DNA of 64,000 nt from Vicinamibacteria bacterium. Its GTDB lineage: Bacteria; Acidobacteriota; Vicinamibacteria; Marinacidobacterales; Marinacidobacteraceae. Below, in pieces: positions 1 to 10,682 of the stretch; the stretch's first letter is position 1; the number at the start of each line of letters is the position of its first letter. Location: positions 1-64,000 of the forward strand of contig OY729431.1 of NCBI GenBank assembly GCA_963422395.1, read 5' to 3'. A program made the translations under genes and the position numbers. The notes under the pieces are model-generated. The model had not been told where the DNA came from, did no database searches, and saw only the letters and a program-made list of their open reading frames with translations.

Positions 1-702
1 CTCTCTTTCCGGAAGGCGCTCGCTATCGGTGAGGATCAGCTCTGCGTCCACGATCTGCTTTCGGCGCGGCCTTCGGCGGCGGTGCTCGATGCCAGCGACG
101 CCGTGCTGATCGGCGGCAGCGGGGACCATTCCGTGGTTCGGGGCGGTCCCTGGCTCGCCGGCGCGCTCGGCGCGATGGAAACGCTCTATGAGCGGTCGAA
201 GCCGGCGTTCGCCTCGTGCTGGGGCTTCCAGGCGTTCGCCTGCGCGCTCGGCGGCCGGGTGGTGACCGACAGGACGCGCGCCGAAGTGGGCGTCGTATCT
301 CTCGAACTGACTGCGGCCGGTCAACGGGATCCCGTCTTCGGTCCGCTCGGGACCCGGTTCCCGGCGATCCTCGGCCACGAGGACATCGTCACCGATCTGC
401 CTCCCGGAGCGGCCTGTCTCGCTTCGAGCGCGACCATCCCCAACGAGGCCTTCGCCTTCTGCGGAAAACCCATCTACGCCGCCCAGTTCCATCCGGAACT
501 CGACCGCGAGGGGCTCATCGAGCGCATCGCCGCCTACCCGCCCTATCTGCCCCTGACCGGGGCGCGTTCTCTCGAAGAGCTCCGCGTCATCACCCCGAAA
601 ACCCCCGGAGCGACCAGCCTCCTGCGGCGGTTCGCCGGCGAGATGGTGCGTCCGGCAGGCCGGGAACAGCTCTCCCCGCCGGGTATCATCCGCGCCCCGT
701 AA
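1..702 (+). CDS. Class I glutamine amidotransferase-like protein (5' end outside window)
   Basis: Frame is open from base 1. It has LIGGSG, nucleophile elbow ASCWGFQ and QFHPE catalytic His-Glu. Confidence 0.85.
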   Translation, partial: LSFRKALAIGEDQLCVHDLLSARPSAAVLDASDAVLIGGSGDHSVVRGGPWLAGALGAMETLYERSKPAFASCWGFQAFACALGGRVVTDRTRAEVGVVSLELTAAGQRDPVFGPLGTRFPAILGHEDIVTDLPPGAACLASSATIPNEAFAFCGKPIYAAQFHPELDREGLIERIAAYPPYLPLTGARSLEELRVITPKTPGATSLLRRFAGEMVRPAGREQLSPPGIIRAP

Positions 703-2630
703 TGGACCTGACGGCTCGCCTGTTCGCGCTGGTTCTCCTGTTGGGGGCAGCGGTTCCTCCCGCCTTCGGCGAGCCGCCGGAGGGAATTCGTCCCACGGCG
801 GGGCAGGAGGAAGAAGAAGAGACCGCGCCCACTCCCCCTCTCCAGAGTTCGCACACCGAGACGGTGGTGGTGACCGCGAGCCGCGCCGAGGAAACCCTCG
901 TGGACTCGGTGGCGCTGGTCACGGTGCTGGACCGGGAGAACCTTGCGGAATCGCCGGCGGCGCTCCTGGACGAGACGCTGGGACGGATTCCCGGATTCGG
1001 ACTCTTCCGCCGCAACTCCAGCCTCATCGCGCACCCCACCACCACCGGGGTTTCCCTGCGAGGGATCGGCCCGAGCGGCGCGAGCCGATCGCTGGTGCTC
1101 TGGGACGGGTTGCCGATCAACGACCCCTTCGGCAACTGGGTGTACTGGAACCGCCTGCCGACGCTGTACCTCGACCGCATCGAGGCGGCGCGCGGAGCGG
1201 GCAGCCCCCTCTACGGCAGCTCGGCGCTCGGGGGCGCCGTCCAGCTCCTTTCCCGCCGCCCCGAGGCCGGCCTTTTCCGAGCGCGAGGCCGCCTCGGCAA
1301 CCTCGGGATCCAGGACGGTGAAGTGGTCGCCTCGCACGAAGCGGGAGGCATCGCCGTCATCGGCGCCGCCCGGATGTTCCGCAGTGACGGGTATCACCGC
1401 ATCCGCGAGGCCGAGCGGGGTTCGGTGGATCAGCCGGCGGGGGTGGACTTCCGCTCGGTCGTGGGCCGGGCCGAAGCCGGGCCGGTGCATTTCTCGATCA
1501 ACTACTACGCGGAAGACCGTCGAAACGGCACTCCGATCCAGAGAAACGATTCGCGGCTGGTGCTGGCCTCCGGCGGCATCACCGAAGAGACCTGGGACCT
1601 GCGGGTGTTCGGGCAGAGTTCCCGGCTGAACAGCGACTTCTCACGCATCCTTCCCGGCCGGAACCGCGAGATCCCGACCTCCGAGCAGCGGTACGAGTAC
1701 TCGGGAGTCGGTGGAGTCGTCACCACCCGGCTCGGCGCCGGACTCCTCGCCGGCGCCGACTGGATGCGGACCGCGTGGGGAGACCACAGCCAAAACCGCT
1801 TCGGCGGCTTCCTCCAGAAGCGGATGGAGTTGCACCCGGACCTCGAGCTGCTCGCCGACGGCCGCCTCGACCTGTGGCAGAACGCCGGCACCCGAGCGAG
1901 CGTCAATCCCCGCGTCGGCCTTCGCTACCACTTCTCCCAGAATACGACGCTTCGCGCCTCGGGATACCGAGGCTTCCGCGCTCCCTCGCTCAACGAGCTG
2001 TACCGTCCGTTCCGGGTCGGCAATGTCCGGGTCGCCGCGAACGACGGTCTCGGCGAGGAAACGCTCTACGGTGCGGAGGCGGGCGTCGATCTCTATCCCT
2101 CGCGGAACCTGCTGATCCGGGGGAACGGCTACTGGAACTCCCTTCGGAATACGGTCGGGAATGTCACCCTCGAGGTGAACGACCAGGGAGTTTTCCGGCA
2201 GCGCCAGAACATCGGCCGGGCGAGCGCCCGCGGGATCGAAGCCGAGGCGTACCTCTACCCCGACAGTCGGACGGAGATCTTCGCGTCCTACCTCCTCTCC
2301 TCGACTTCCGTCGAAGATACCGGGAAGCGGTTGCCCCAGGTTCCGCTGCATCAGGGCGCCTTCGGCATCACCTGGCGCGGGCCCGCGGTCGTCCGGGCCG
2401 ACCTCCGCTTCCTGGGCCGCCAGTTCGAGGACGACCGCAACGAGCTGCCGATGGACGGCTTCGTTTCGCTCGGGCTCCGGGTCTCCTATCCGGTGAACGA
2501 GCGCTTGAGCCTCTTCGTCGCCGGCGAAAATCTCACGGACGCCGAGATCGTTTCGGCCCGCACCCCCATCGAGACCCTGGGCACTCCCCGCGCGGTCCAG
2601 CTGGGGGTGGATTTCGACCTGTCCCGCTGA
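702..2630 (+). CDS. TonB-dependent receptor (plug + barrel)
   Basis: ATG overlaps the upstream TAA (TAATG). It has a signal peptide, TonB box ETVVVTASR, plug motifs VSLRG and RIE-RG-SPLYG, and a terminal beta-strand. Confidence 0.9.
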   Translation: MDLTARLFALVLLLGAAVPPAFGEPPEGIRPTAGQEEEEETAPTPPLQSSHTETVVVTASRAEETLVDSVALVTVLDRENLAESPAALLDETLGRIPGFGLFRRNSSLIAHPTTTGVSLRGIGPSGASRSLVLWDGLPINDPFGNWVYWNRLPTLYLDRIEAARGAGSPLYGSSALGGAVQLLSRRPEAGLFRARGRLGNLGIQDGEVVASHEAGGIAVIGAARMFRSDGYHRIREAERGSVDQPAGVDFRSVVGRAEAGPVHFSINYYAEDRRNGTPIQRNDSRLVLASGGITEETWDLRVFGQSSRLNSDFSRILPGRNREIPTSEQRYEYSGVGGVVTTRLGAGLLAGADWMRTAWGDHSQNRFGGFLQKRMELHPDLELLADGRLDLWQNAGTRASVNPRVGLRYHFSQNTTLRASGYRGFRAPSLNELYRPFRVGNVRVAANDGLGEETLYGAEAGVDLYPSRNLLIRGNGYWNSLRNTVGNVTLEVNDQGVFRQRQNIGRASARGIEAEAYLYPDSRTEIFASYLLSSTSVEDTGKRLPQVPLHQGAFGITWRGPAVVRADLRFLGRQFEDDRNELPMDGFVSLGLRVSYPVNERLSLFVAGENLTDAEIVSARTPIETLGTPRAVQLGVDFDLSR

Positions 2631-2787
2631 ACAGAGCTCCTGATTCTCCAAGCAGATGGAACACCTTCGACAGTTCCCCCTCGCCTCCCCGAAAACCGCA
2701 GTTCGACAAGGCCGCTTTCGCGGCCCACGACCTGTTCGTGAAGCACCTCGGTTTCGCCCTCTCGTCCTGGTCGGAGTGCATGTGTGA

Positions 2788-4986
2788 CCCCACGCAGCAT
2801 GCGCGGTAACCGGCCCTCGCTGGCGCGCTCTCGCCGCTTTCCCGGCGCTCCTGCTCGCTTGCACCGCCGGACCGTCCGAGCCTCCCGCTCTCGAAGACCG
2901 CTCCGACTGGCCGCTGCAGGAGCTTCGCGACGAGCCCTTCGATGTCCTCCACTACCGGATCGCTCTCGACCTCGACGAGACGACCCGCAGCCTCGAAGGC
3001 AGCGCTCGGATCCACCTCCGGACGGAAGCCGCGATCTCGGAACTGCGCTTCGATGCCGAGACTTTCGAGGTGCGCTCGGTCCGCACTGGGGACGAAGAAC
3101 TCGATTTCATCCACGAAGACGGGAACCTGGCCATCGAACTCGGAAAATCCGTCCCGGAGGGCGAGACCCTCGTGCTCGAGATCGCCTACGGCGGCTCCGG
3201 CGTGGATGTGGACGCCACCCGCTTCGGAATGCCTGCGAGCTACGACCTGGGTCTCGACTTCAAGCCGGCGACCGACCGCAACCCGGAGCTGGTGAACACC
3301 CTCTCCTTCCCCGAGGGGGCGCGGCACTGGTATCCCTCGGTGGATCACCCGGCAGACCGCGCCACCTTCGAGCTGCTCGCCACCGTGCGTGAGGATTGGC
3401 GCGTCCTCTCTAATGGACGCCTGGTGGAAATCCGTGAGGGACCGCGCCCGGGCGTCCGAACCCACCACTGGCGCCTCGACGAACCCCATCCGACCTACCT
3501 CTCGGTACTGGTCGCCGGGCCTTACCAGGTCATCGCCGACCGGCACGGAGCGATCCCGGTGCACTACTGGGTCTATCCCCGGGATGTCCCGGACGCCGAC
3601 CGCAGCTTCCAGAAGACCCCGGCGATCCTCGCTTTCTTCGAGGAGGAATTCGGCGTCCCTTACCCGTGGAACAAGTACGACCAGATCACCATTCCCGGGA
3701 TCGGAGGCGGTGCGGAGAGCACTACCGCCACCGTACTCGGCGAGAGCACGATCCACGACGAGCGCGCCGAGCAGGACTTTCCGAGCCACGGGCTCGTGGC
3801 CCATGAGGCCGCTCACCACTGGTGGGGCGATCTGGTGTCCTACCGCGACTGGGGCGAAACCTGGATCAGCGAGAGCTTCGCCACCTACTCCGAGTACCTC
3901 TGGCACGCCCACGAACTCGGAGCCGACGAGGCCGGCGAGAACATGCGCCGAAAACGAGAGTCCTACCTGCGCCAGGCGCGGACCGTCCTCCGCCCGGTGG
4001 TCTCGAACCGGTGGCGGCGCCCGAACGACAACTTCGACGCGCACACCTACCCGAAGGGCGCCGCTCTCCTCCGCCTCCTCCGCCACATCGTGGGGGACGC
4101 GGAGTTCCGCGCCGGAATACGGCACTTTCTCGAAAAACACGCCTTCGAGCCGGTGGACACCGAGGATTTCATCGCCGCTTTCGCCGAGACCCCAGGGGTG
4201 GACATTCGCTGGTTCGTGGACCTCTGGCTCCGCCGCCCCGGGCATCCGATCCTCGAGATCGAGAGCAGCTTCGGCGACGGCGCCGCGGTGATGCAAATCC
4301 GGCAGGTCCAGACCGCGGCCGCCAGCATGGGCACCGTCCCGGAGGAGTACCGAGCGCCGCTCGCGGTGCGGGTGGTCACCGGATCCGGTTCCGAAATCCA
4401 CCGCTTCACCCTCGAAGGCCGCGAACAGACCCTGACCTTTCCAGCTGCCGGAGAGCCGCACTATATGCGCTTCGACGCCGACGATGTCCTGCTCGGGGAG
4501 CTGCGGATCACGAAACCGGCAGCGGAATGGGTCGCACAGCTCGCGGACGACGACGGCGCCGGCCGCCGCCGGGCGGCGGCCGCGCTCGCGGGAATGGGCG
4601 GTGAGGAAGCCCGCACCGCGCTTCGGACTGCGGCAGCCTCCGACCGCTTCTGGGCGGTCCGCGAAGCGGCCGTCGGCGGGCTCGACCCGACCGATGCCGC
4701 GGACGCTCTTGCGCTGCGAAGAGCCGCCGAGCAGGATGCCCGATCCGCGGTCCGCGCCGCGGCGCTCACCCGGCTGGCTGGTTCCGCCGGCGCCGAGTTC
4801 TCGATCCGACGCTTTCGGAGCGACTCCAGTTACCGTGTCCAAGCAGCGGCAGTCGCCGCACTCGGTGAGCTCCCGGGCCCTCCTGCCGGCGAGGTCCGCG
4901 CGGTTCTCGAAGAGGCAGCGCGCCTGGCCTCCCCCCGGGACATCGTCGCCCGCGCGGCGCGGGAAGCGCTCGACCCACAGAGCTGA
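2788..4986 (+). CDS. M1 family aminopeptidase with C-terminal HEAT repeats, probable lipoprotein (start unresolved)
   Basis: GGAES exopeptidase motif, HEAAH-X18-E zinc motif and YPKGA. The frame is open from 2788 and includes FDVLHY and lipobox LLLAC upstream of the ORF-track start at 3070. Confidence 0.85.
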   Translation, partial: PHAACAVTGPRWRALAAFPALLLACTAGPSEPPALEDRSDWPLQELRDEPFDVLHYRIALDLDETTRSLEGSARIHLRTEAAISELRFDAETFEVRSVRTGDEELDFIHEDGNLAIELGKSVPEGETLVLEIAYGGSGVDVDATRFGMPASYDLGLDFKPATDRNPELVNTLSFPEGARHWYPSVDHPADRATFELLATVREDWRVLSNGRLVEIREGPRPGVRTHHWRLDEPHPTYLSVLVAGPYQVIADRHGAIPVHYWVYPRDVPDADRSFQKTPAILAFFEEEFGVPYPWNKYDQITIPGIGGGAESTTATVLGESTIHDERAEQDFPSHGLVAHEAAHHWWGDLVSYRDWGETWISESFATYSEYLWHAHELGADEAGENMRRKRESYLRQARTVLRPVVSNRWRRPNDNFDAHTYPKGAALLRLLRHIVGDAEFRAGIRHFLEKHAFEPVDTEDFIAAFAETPGVDIRWFVDLWLRRPGHPILEIESSFGDGAAVMQIRQVQTAAASMGTVPEEYRAPLAVRVVTGSGSEIHRFTLEGREQTLTFPAAGEPHYMRFDADDVLLGELRITKPAAEWVAQLADDDGAGRRRAAAALAGMGGEEARTALRTAAASDRFWAVREAAVGGLDPTDAADALALRRAAEQDARSAVRAAALTRLAGSAGAEFSIRRFRSDSSYRVQAAAVAALGELPGPPAGEVRAVLEEAARLASPRDIVARAAREALDPQS

Positions 4987-5017
4987 CCGCGCCGCCCGAC
5001 AGACGGAGCAGCGCGCC

Positions 5018-6574
5018 CTACCCGGCGCCTTTCGCGGATGCGAAGCGCGCGGACCGCGCTGCAGAAGCCGCCAGCACCGCCTGCGGCACCGGAAAGCTTC
5101 GGATGAAGGACTTGGCGTAGGAGAACCAGCCTCCCTGGTACGGTCGGCTGGTGGTGCGAATGAACGCCGCCATCGCTTCCGAGTTGAGCGCCGCCAGAAG
5201 CGCGCTCCAGTCGAGCGGAACGCGAGGTTTCACGCAGTACCCGGAATAGAAGGTCGCCTGCGGTTCCGGGCAGCGCTGGAAGTTCGGAACTCGATTCATC
5301 CCCGAAGTCAACAACTTGTCGCCAAAACCGGACACCAGGGAGACCTGCCGTCCGAATCCGTACCAACGGCGCGGATCGGTGCGCCCCTTGTCGCGGGCCA
5401 GCAGCCGCGCTCGATTCCGCCGCAGCCAGGCGTAGGCCCGCGGCGCTCGATCGGCGATCTCGGCCTCAGGCAGCAGCTGCCCTTCACGGTCGTAGGGGAA
5501 GACCACGACCCGGCGCGCCGGATCGCGGCCGCCGCGGAGCACCGAGGCCTTCACGATGGGACGCAGCACCCAGCTCTCGAGCCGCTCGCTGCGCCCTTCG
5601 ACGAAGCAGTCCACGAGATCGGCATCGCCCAGGTCAACGGCCGGTTCCCGCCGGCACAGGATGAACACCCGGTCGGCGAGCGTCTGGACGCCGACATGGA
5701 TGTCGGCGATCTCGTCGAGCCGAGGCCCTCGCCCGGCGAGCTCGCGCATCGTGCGCCACTCGGCAGCGGTCGCCGGGATCCAGGGCGCGGACGGACGCTC
5801 CGGATCCCCCCGGACGGTGCCGGCGGGGGCGAATCGGCCGTCTTCGAAGCGCCATGTCGGAATCGGCCGCGGCGCACCGTCTCGTTCGATCACGGTGATC
5901 GCGGTGTAGGTGGTGACCCGCGGGAATACCTGATGGGCGCCGAAATCCAGGATCCGCCGAACCCGGTGCGCGGTCGAAAGGTGCGACCGCAGCGCTCCCG
6001 CCGCCTGGGACCGCAGCCAGCTCGAAGGGGTGATGTAGGCGAGGCTTCCTCCGCGCCGCAGCAGTTCGAGCCCCAGCTCGAAAAACACCACATACAGATC
6101 GGTCGCTCCGTGCGTGAGTGACCAGCCGCCGGCGCGCTCGCGTCCGGTGCGTTCGAGGTGCTGCACCCGGACATAGGGCGGATTCCCGATTACATGGGTG
6201 AAGCGGCCCGAGGTGTCGGCGAATCCGGACCGGTCGAGCGCGTTGCGCTCCTCCAGCCGCCAGCGGACCCGAGCCCGGGGATAGCGCTCCCGAAGCACAG
6301 CGTCGAGGCGACGGCCACAGTCGGCGAGCGCGGAGCCTTCGATGTCGTAGCCGGCCAGGCGCCGCAGCGTCCCGAGCGCTGCAGTACGAGGCAGCCGCCG
6401 CAGGCTCCGGCGCGCGACTTCGACCAGAAACTCCCCGTCGCCGCAGGCAGGGTCGCAGACCGCGGCGCTTCGGAGACTGGCCGCCTGATCCAGACCGGCG
6501 GCGTCCAGGATGCGGACGACCACCGGCCGGGGCGTGTACACCACGCCATTCCGCTTGCGGCGGGAAGGGATCAT
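5018..6574 (-). CDS. N6-adenine DNA methyltransferase (gamma class, Eco57I/TaqI-like) of a type II R-M system
   Basis: GVVYTP, motif I DPACGDGEFL, motif IV IGNPPY, DLY..F and a C-terminal target-recognition region. Confidence 0.9.
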   Translation of the reverse strand: MIPSRRKRNGVVYTPRPVVVRILDAAGLDQAASLRSAAVCDPACGDGEFLVEVARRSLRRLPRTAALGTLRRLAGYDIEGSALADCGRRLDAVLRERYPRARVRWRLEERNALDRSGFADTSGRFTHVIGNPPYVRVQHLERTGRERAGGWSLTHGATDLYVVFFELGLELLRRGGSLAYITPSSWLRSQAAGALRSHLSTAHRVRRILDFGAHQVFPRVTTYTAITVIERDGAPRPIPTWRFEDGRFAPAGTVRGDPERPSAPWIPATAAEWRTMRELAGRGPRLDEIADIHVGVQTLADRVFILCRREPAVDLGDADLVDCFVEGRSERLESWVLRPIVKASVLRGGRDPARRVVVFPYDREGQLLPEAEIADRAPRAYAWLRRNRARLLARDKGRTDPRRWYGFGRQVSLVSGFGDKLLTSGMNRVPNFQRCPEPQATFYSGYCVKPRVPLDWSALLAALNSEAMAAFIRTTSRPYQGGWFSYAKSFIRSFPVPQAVLAASAARSARFASAKGAG

Positions 6575-6581
6575 GGGGAAG

Positions 6582-7280
6582 TCAGGGAGAGAGGTGGCGC
6601 AAGCGGATGCGAAGCGCCATGCGATCGAAAAAGCGTAGAACGCTCAGCTCGCGGTCGAGCAGACACCAGGAGCGCTCGCCGAGTTCCAGCGTCTGCGGGG
6701 TCGAGCTGCCGACGATCTTCTGATACTCGGGATCGAGATCCAAAAGCCCCACTGCCATCTCATCCGGCGCATGCGCGTGGCGGTGGTCCCGCCGGAGTTT
6801 CGCGTAGCGCTCGATATCCCGATCTCGAATCTGCTCGGTCTTTTTCAATTGACCCTGTCGATCCTTGTAGGGAATCGGATTCGTCACGAAGAACAGATTC
6901 CCGTACACCAGGTTCTGGCGGCGGAGGTTCGCAGTTTCCCCGAGCTGCTGTTCGAAATAGTTGACGGCGTTCTGATGGTAGTTGGACATCACGAACTTCA
7001 CGCTGATCACCGCCAAAGTCTCCGCTTCGCTTCGAACAAGCACATCGACCGCTTTGGGGTAGTACTCCCCATGAACCTGAGCTTCTTCCCGCGAGGTCTC
7101 GCTCTGGCCAACGAGCAAATAGGCAGGATCCCGGAGATTGCGCGACAGCTCCGTCTGTACCCAGCCGTGGAGCGGTGCGAGTTTTTTGGGAGATCGCGGA
7201 CCGTGTTCCTTGAACAAGGCGTAGGAGTCCTGCAGTGCCTTCAGGTATCGGGACTTGAAGGCCGGGTCCGTCATTCGCAT
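6582..7280 (-). CDS. Putative type II restriction endonuclease (PD-(D/E)xK-like)
   Basis: Lies directly upstream of and co-oriented with the MTase, with lower GC. Motif K-VDVLV...ISVKF..NY.QN..NYFE. Confidence 0.7.
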   Translation of the reverse strand: MRMTDPAFKSRYLKALQDSYALFKEHGPRSPKKLAPLHGWVQTELSRNLRDPAYLLVGQSETSREEAQVHGEYYPKAVDVLVRSEAETLAVISVKFVMSNYHQNAVNYFEQQLGETANLRRQNLVYGNLFFVTNPIPYKDRQGQLKKTEQIRDRDIERYAKLRRDHRHAHAPDEMAVGLLDLDPEYQKIVGSSTPQTLELGERSWCLLDRELSVLRFFDRMALRIRLRHLSP

Positions 7281-7570
7281 CGTTCCAGGTACCCTCGTTC
7301 GTCCCGGGTCATAGGTGCCGGCACGGTGTCTCGCCACCGGAGATCGCGAAAAGTCGAGAGCGCTGGTCGAGGGAGGCCGGTCGAGGGAGGCTGGGGGGTT
7401 CGCTGCGCGAACTCCCGACAGACAGCCATCGCGGCCGAACCATATACGCGGCAGCCGACGAAACCCGTCACCAGAAATCCGGCGGCCAGGAACGAAACGG
7501 TACTGTGTCGGCTGACGGGCCGCGGCACACAGATACGATCAGCAGGGCAGAACGTGAGAGGCTTCGGCCG

Positions 7571-9550
7571 ATGAACCCTTCGATAGCATTTCTTTCCGGT
7601 TGTGCTGGATTGCTCCTCATCGGAGTACCAGCCTCCCGGGCGCAGAGCGCCGGGGAGCGTTTTCCCTGGCCGTCGTTCCGCGGTCCCTCGGCTTCCGGGA
7701 TCGCCGACGGACAGAACCCGCCGACCTCCTGGGACGCGGAGACCGGGCACAACATCCAGTGGACCCTCGAGGTGCCGGGGCTCGGGCACTCGAGCCCGGT
7801 GGTCTGGGGTGACCGCATCTTCGTGACGAGCGCGCGGAGTGACGATCCGAACCCCGTCTTCCGCTACGGGACCGACGGCCGCATCGATCGGCGCTCGGAC
7901 CGGTCCCGAAACGCCTGGTTCCTCTATGCCGTGGACCGCGACCGGGGAGAGGTGGCCTGGGTGCGCGAGGCGGCGCGAAGCACGCCCCAGATCCAGCGGC
8001 ACCCGAAGAACAGCTACGCTTCGGCGACTCCAGCGACCGACGGCGAACAGGTAGTGATCCTCCTGGCCACCGGTGAACTCCTGGCCTACGACTTCGAGGG
8101 TTCGCTGCTCTGGCAGGTGGATCTCGGACCGCTGGACGCCGGCGCGTCCTACGACGACAGCTACCAGTGGGCAGCCGCCAGTTCGCCGATCATCTGGCGG
8201 GGTCTGGCCATCGTGCTGGCGGACCAGCAACGAAGTTCGTTCCTCGCCGCCTTCGACATCCGCTCCGGCGAGGAGGTCTGGCGGACACCGCGCGATCTGA
8301 TCTCCTCGTTCTCGACACCGACGGTGCATGCCGGCGGCGAGCGAACCGAGCTGATCACGAACGGCGCCGGACTCATGCAGGGGTACGACCCGGCGACCGG
8401 CCGGGAACTCTGGCGGATGGCAGGCAGCTCGTTCAACACCACCCCGACCCCGGTGGTGGTCGAGGGGCTCATCTATCTCACCAGCGGCTATCGCACCCGA
8501 CCGATCTTCGCAGTCCGCACCGGAGCGAGCGGCAACATCTCGCTCGCGGAGGGTGTCCGTTCGAACCCCCAGGTCGCCTGGAGCTCACCGCGCGACGGCC
8601 CCTACATGGCGTCGCCGCTGGTGTACCGCGGCCACCTCTATGTGGTCTCGGCCGGCGGCGTGCTGACTCTTTTCGACGCAGTCACCGGGGAGCGCCTCTA
8701 CAAGCGCCGGGTCGCCGAGCGCGGCGGCGCGTTCACTGCCTCGCCGGTGGCCGCCGACGGCCGCATCTACCTGACGAGCGAAGACGGCGACGTCTTCGTG
8801 ATCCGCGCCGGACTCGAATACGAACTGCTCGCGGAAAACAGCATGGGCGAAGTCTGCCTGGCGACCCCAGCGATCTCCGAGGGGCAGCTGCTCATCCGTA
8901 CGACGGACCGCCTGGTGGCAGCGGTCGAAGGGATCGCTCCCGCCACTGCGGCCGCCACGATTTCCCACGAGCCGTTTCCCGCCGTCTTCGGCACCGCGCA
9001 GGTGCTGCCGTTCGACGACTTCGAGGACGGAGATCTATTCGCGCATACCGGCGTGCGCTGGCAGACCTTCACCAACGGTGTTTCCACGGCGAAACTCGGG
9101 CTCGTCCGGGGCGGAACCCCCCCCGGGGCCGCCGCCCGCGTGGACGGCGAACTCGCCGCCGGAGCTGCTCGCGGCCCGCTGGCCCAGATGTACCAGCCGT
9201 TCGACCGGGGCGCGCTGCCGATCGACCTCCGGGAGCTGGGCGGCGTCGCCCTCCATGCCCGGGGCAGCCGCCCCTTCGAGCTGACGATTCGCTGTGCCGG
9301 GGGCGAATTCGGCAGGGAACTCGAGGTTTCCGAGGAGTGGCGGCGAATCGAGATCGGCGCCGAAGAGATGGTGCCGCTCGCGGGAGCGCCGGAGACGGCC
9401 GCTTGGAACGGGGCCGAATGCACCGGGCTCTATCTGTCGCGCCGGGGCGTCTCCTCCGGGGGGCTCGGGTCGTTCTGGTTCGAGGTGGACGAGATCACGC
9501 TCTACGGCCGGAGCGCCTGGGAATCCCGGAACGGGCAGCCGCAGCATTGA
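7571..9550 (+). CDS. PQQ-like (BamB-type) beta-propeller protein with C-terminal CIA30/CBM11-like domain
   Basis: Signal peptide, WPSFRGP, repeated SSP/TP-(V/I)...G..W propeller motifs, and a C-terminal FDDFEDG...FEVDEI beta-sandwich. Confidence 0.8.
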   Translation: MNPSIAFLSGCAGLLLIGVPASRAQSAGERFPWPSFRGPSASGIADGQNPPTSWDAETGHNIQWTLEVPGLGHSSPVVWGDRIFVTSARSDDPNPVFRYGTDGRIDRRSDRSRNAWFLYAVDRDRGEVAWVREAARSTPQIQRHPKNSYASATPATDGEQVVILLATGELLAYDFEGSLLWQVDLGPLDAGASYDDSYQWAAASSPIIWRGLAIVLADQQRSSFLAAFDIRSGEEVWRTPRDLISSFSTPTVHAGGERTELITNGAGLMQGYDPATGRELWRMAGSSFNTTPTPVVVEGLIYLTSGYRTRPIFAVRTGASGNISLAEGVRSNPQVAWSSPRDGPYMASPLVYRGHLYVVSAGGVLTLFDAVTGERLYKRRVAERGGAFTASPVAADGRIYLTSEDGDVFVIRAGLEYELLAENSMGEVCLATPAISEGQLLIRTTDRLVAAVEGIAPATAAATISHEPFPAVFGTAQVLPFDDFEDGDLFAHTGVRWQTFTNGVSTAKLGLVRGGTPPGAAARVDGELAAGAARGPLAQMYQPFDRGALPIDLRELGGVALHARGSRPFELTIRCAGGEFGRELEVSEEWRRIEIGAEEMVPLAGAPETAAWNGAECTGLYLSRRGVSSGGLGSFWFEVDEITLYGRSAWESRNGQPQH

Positions 9551-9554
9551 GCGA

Positions 9555-10682
9555 TCAACGGCGGACCCGGCCACGATAGAGCGTGTTCGGGGCATTCGAA
9601 CGGCCGGCCACGATGTCGAGAATCCCATCTCCATCGACATCGCCGATCGCGAGCCCGTAGGCGGCGCCTTCGCCGTCGCCGAACGGAGTCCGCCGGAAGC
9701 GCTCTCCGGTTCCGTCGTTGATCAGCAGCGCACCCGGGGTACCGGAGTTCCCCATCACGATATCCAGGTCGCCGTCGCCGTCGAGATCAGCCACCGCCAG
9801 CGCATAGACATCGTCGTCGGCATCGCCGATCTCCTGGGGCGCTTCGAAGATCCCGTCCCCGCGGTCGAAGAAGAGCCGCACCCCGCCTTCCCGCTGATTT
9901 CCAACCAGGATGTCGCGTCGGCCGTCACCGTTCAGATCGCCCAGAACCACCGCACGGGCCGCCGAGTGTGACGGCCCGACCGCTCGGCGCTCTTCGAATC
10001 CGCCGCTGCCGTCGTTCACGAACAGGAAACTCTGCCCTCCGTCCCGGTGGGGCACGAAGAGATCGGCGAAATCGTCACCGGTGAGATCGCCGGCGGCGAT
10101 CGTGGTGGCAGATTCTCCGGACAACACCTCGCATGAGGGAAACCCGCCGGCACCGTCGTTGACGCACAGGTAGTTGGAGCTCCGATTTTCGATCCCGCCG
10201 CGATTGGCGACCACGATCTCGGGCCGGTCGTCGCCGTTCAGATCGGCCACCGTGATGTTCCGCGTCGGCCAGTCGGGACTGCCGAAAGCGCCGGCAAGCC
10301 GGAACCCGCCCCCGCCGTCGTTGAGGTGGATGCGTTTTTCGTCGGGGCGGTCGTTGCCGACCACGAGGTCGAGGTCGCCGTCGCCGTCGAGATCGGCGAG
10401 AGCGGCGGTGTAGGTGCGGTCCGCCGGTCCCGGAAGCGGCGAACGCCTTTCGAAGCCGCCGCGCCCGTCGTTGAACAGCACCAGATTTTCGAGAGGCCAG
10501 TGCCGCCCCTTCGCCAGGACGATGTCGAGATCGCCGTCGCCGTCGAGGTCGCCGAGGCTCGCACCGGCGCTGGTCTCAGAGGCATTCTCGAGGTCCACCG
10601 CCTCGAAAGCCTGCCAGGCCGCCGTCACGGCGAACAACAGGCCGCAAACGAGGGAGATCAACCGAGAACCCGCCCGATCCAT
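9555..10682 (-). CDS. FG-GAP/VCBS repeat protein
   Basis: Seven DxDGDGxxD-like repeats after a signal peptide. Start placed at MDRAGSRL. Confidence 0.85.
   Translation of the reverse strand: MDRAGSRLISLVCGLLFAVTAAWQAFEAVDLENASETSAGASLGDLDGDGDLDIVLAKGRHWPLENLVLFNDGRGGFERRSPLPGPADRTYTAALADLDGDGDLDLVVGNDRPDEKRIHLNDGGGGFRLAGAFGSPDWPTRNITVADLNGDDRPEIVVANRGGIENRSSNYLCVNDGAGGFPSCEVLSGESATTIAAGDLTGDDFADLFVPHRDGGQSFLFVNDGSGGFEERRAVGPSHSAARAVVLGDLNGDGRRDILVGNQREGGVRLFFDRGDGIFEAPQEIGDADDDVYALAVADLDGDGDLDIVMGNSGTPGALLINDGTGERFRRTPFGDGEGAAYGLAIGDVDGDGILDIVAGRSNAPNTLYRGRVRR

Noticed and set aside
680-704. GATase ends in IIRAP* right before a TonB receptor (possible RAPP-type arrest)
   Set aside because: It lacks the second Pro, has no CxxC or signal, and is a full-length enzyme.
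2656-2790. Short ORF in frame with the aminopeptidase, separated by TGA (possible selenocysteine or readthrough)
   Set aside because: The TGA is not at a catalytic position, no SECIS-like hairpin is evident, and a signal peptide follows it.
7367-7417. Short 14-bp tandem duplication (GGTCGAGGGAGGC) and small hairpin upstream of the endonuclease
   Set aside because: Only two copies in GC-rich DNA, and no function can be supported.
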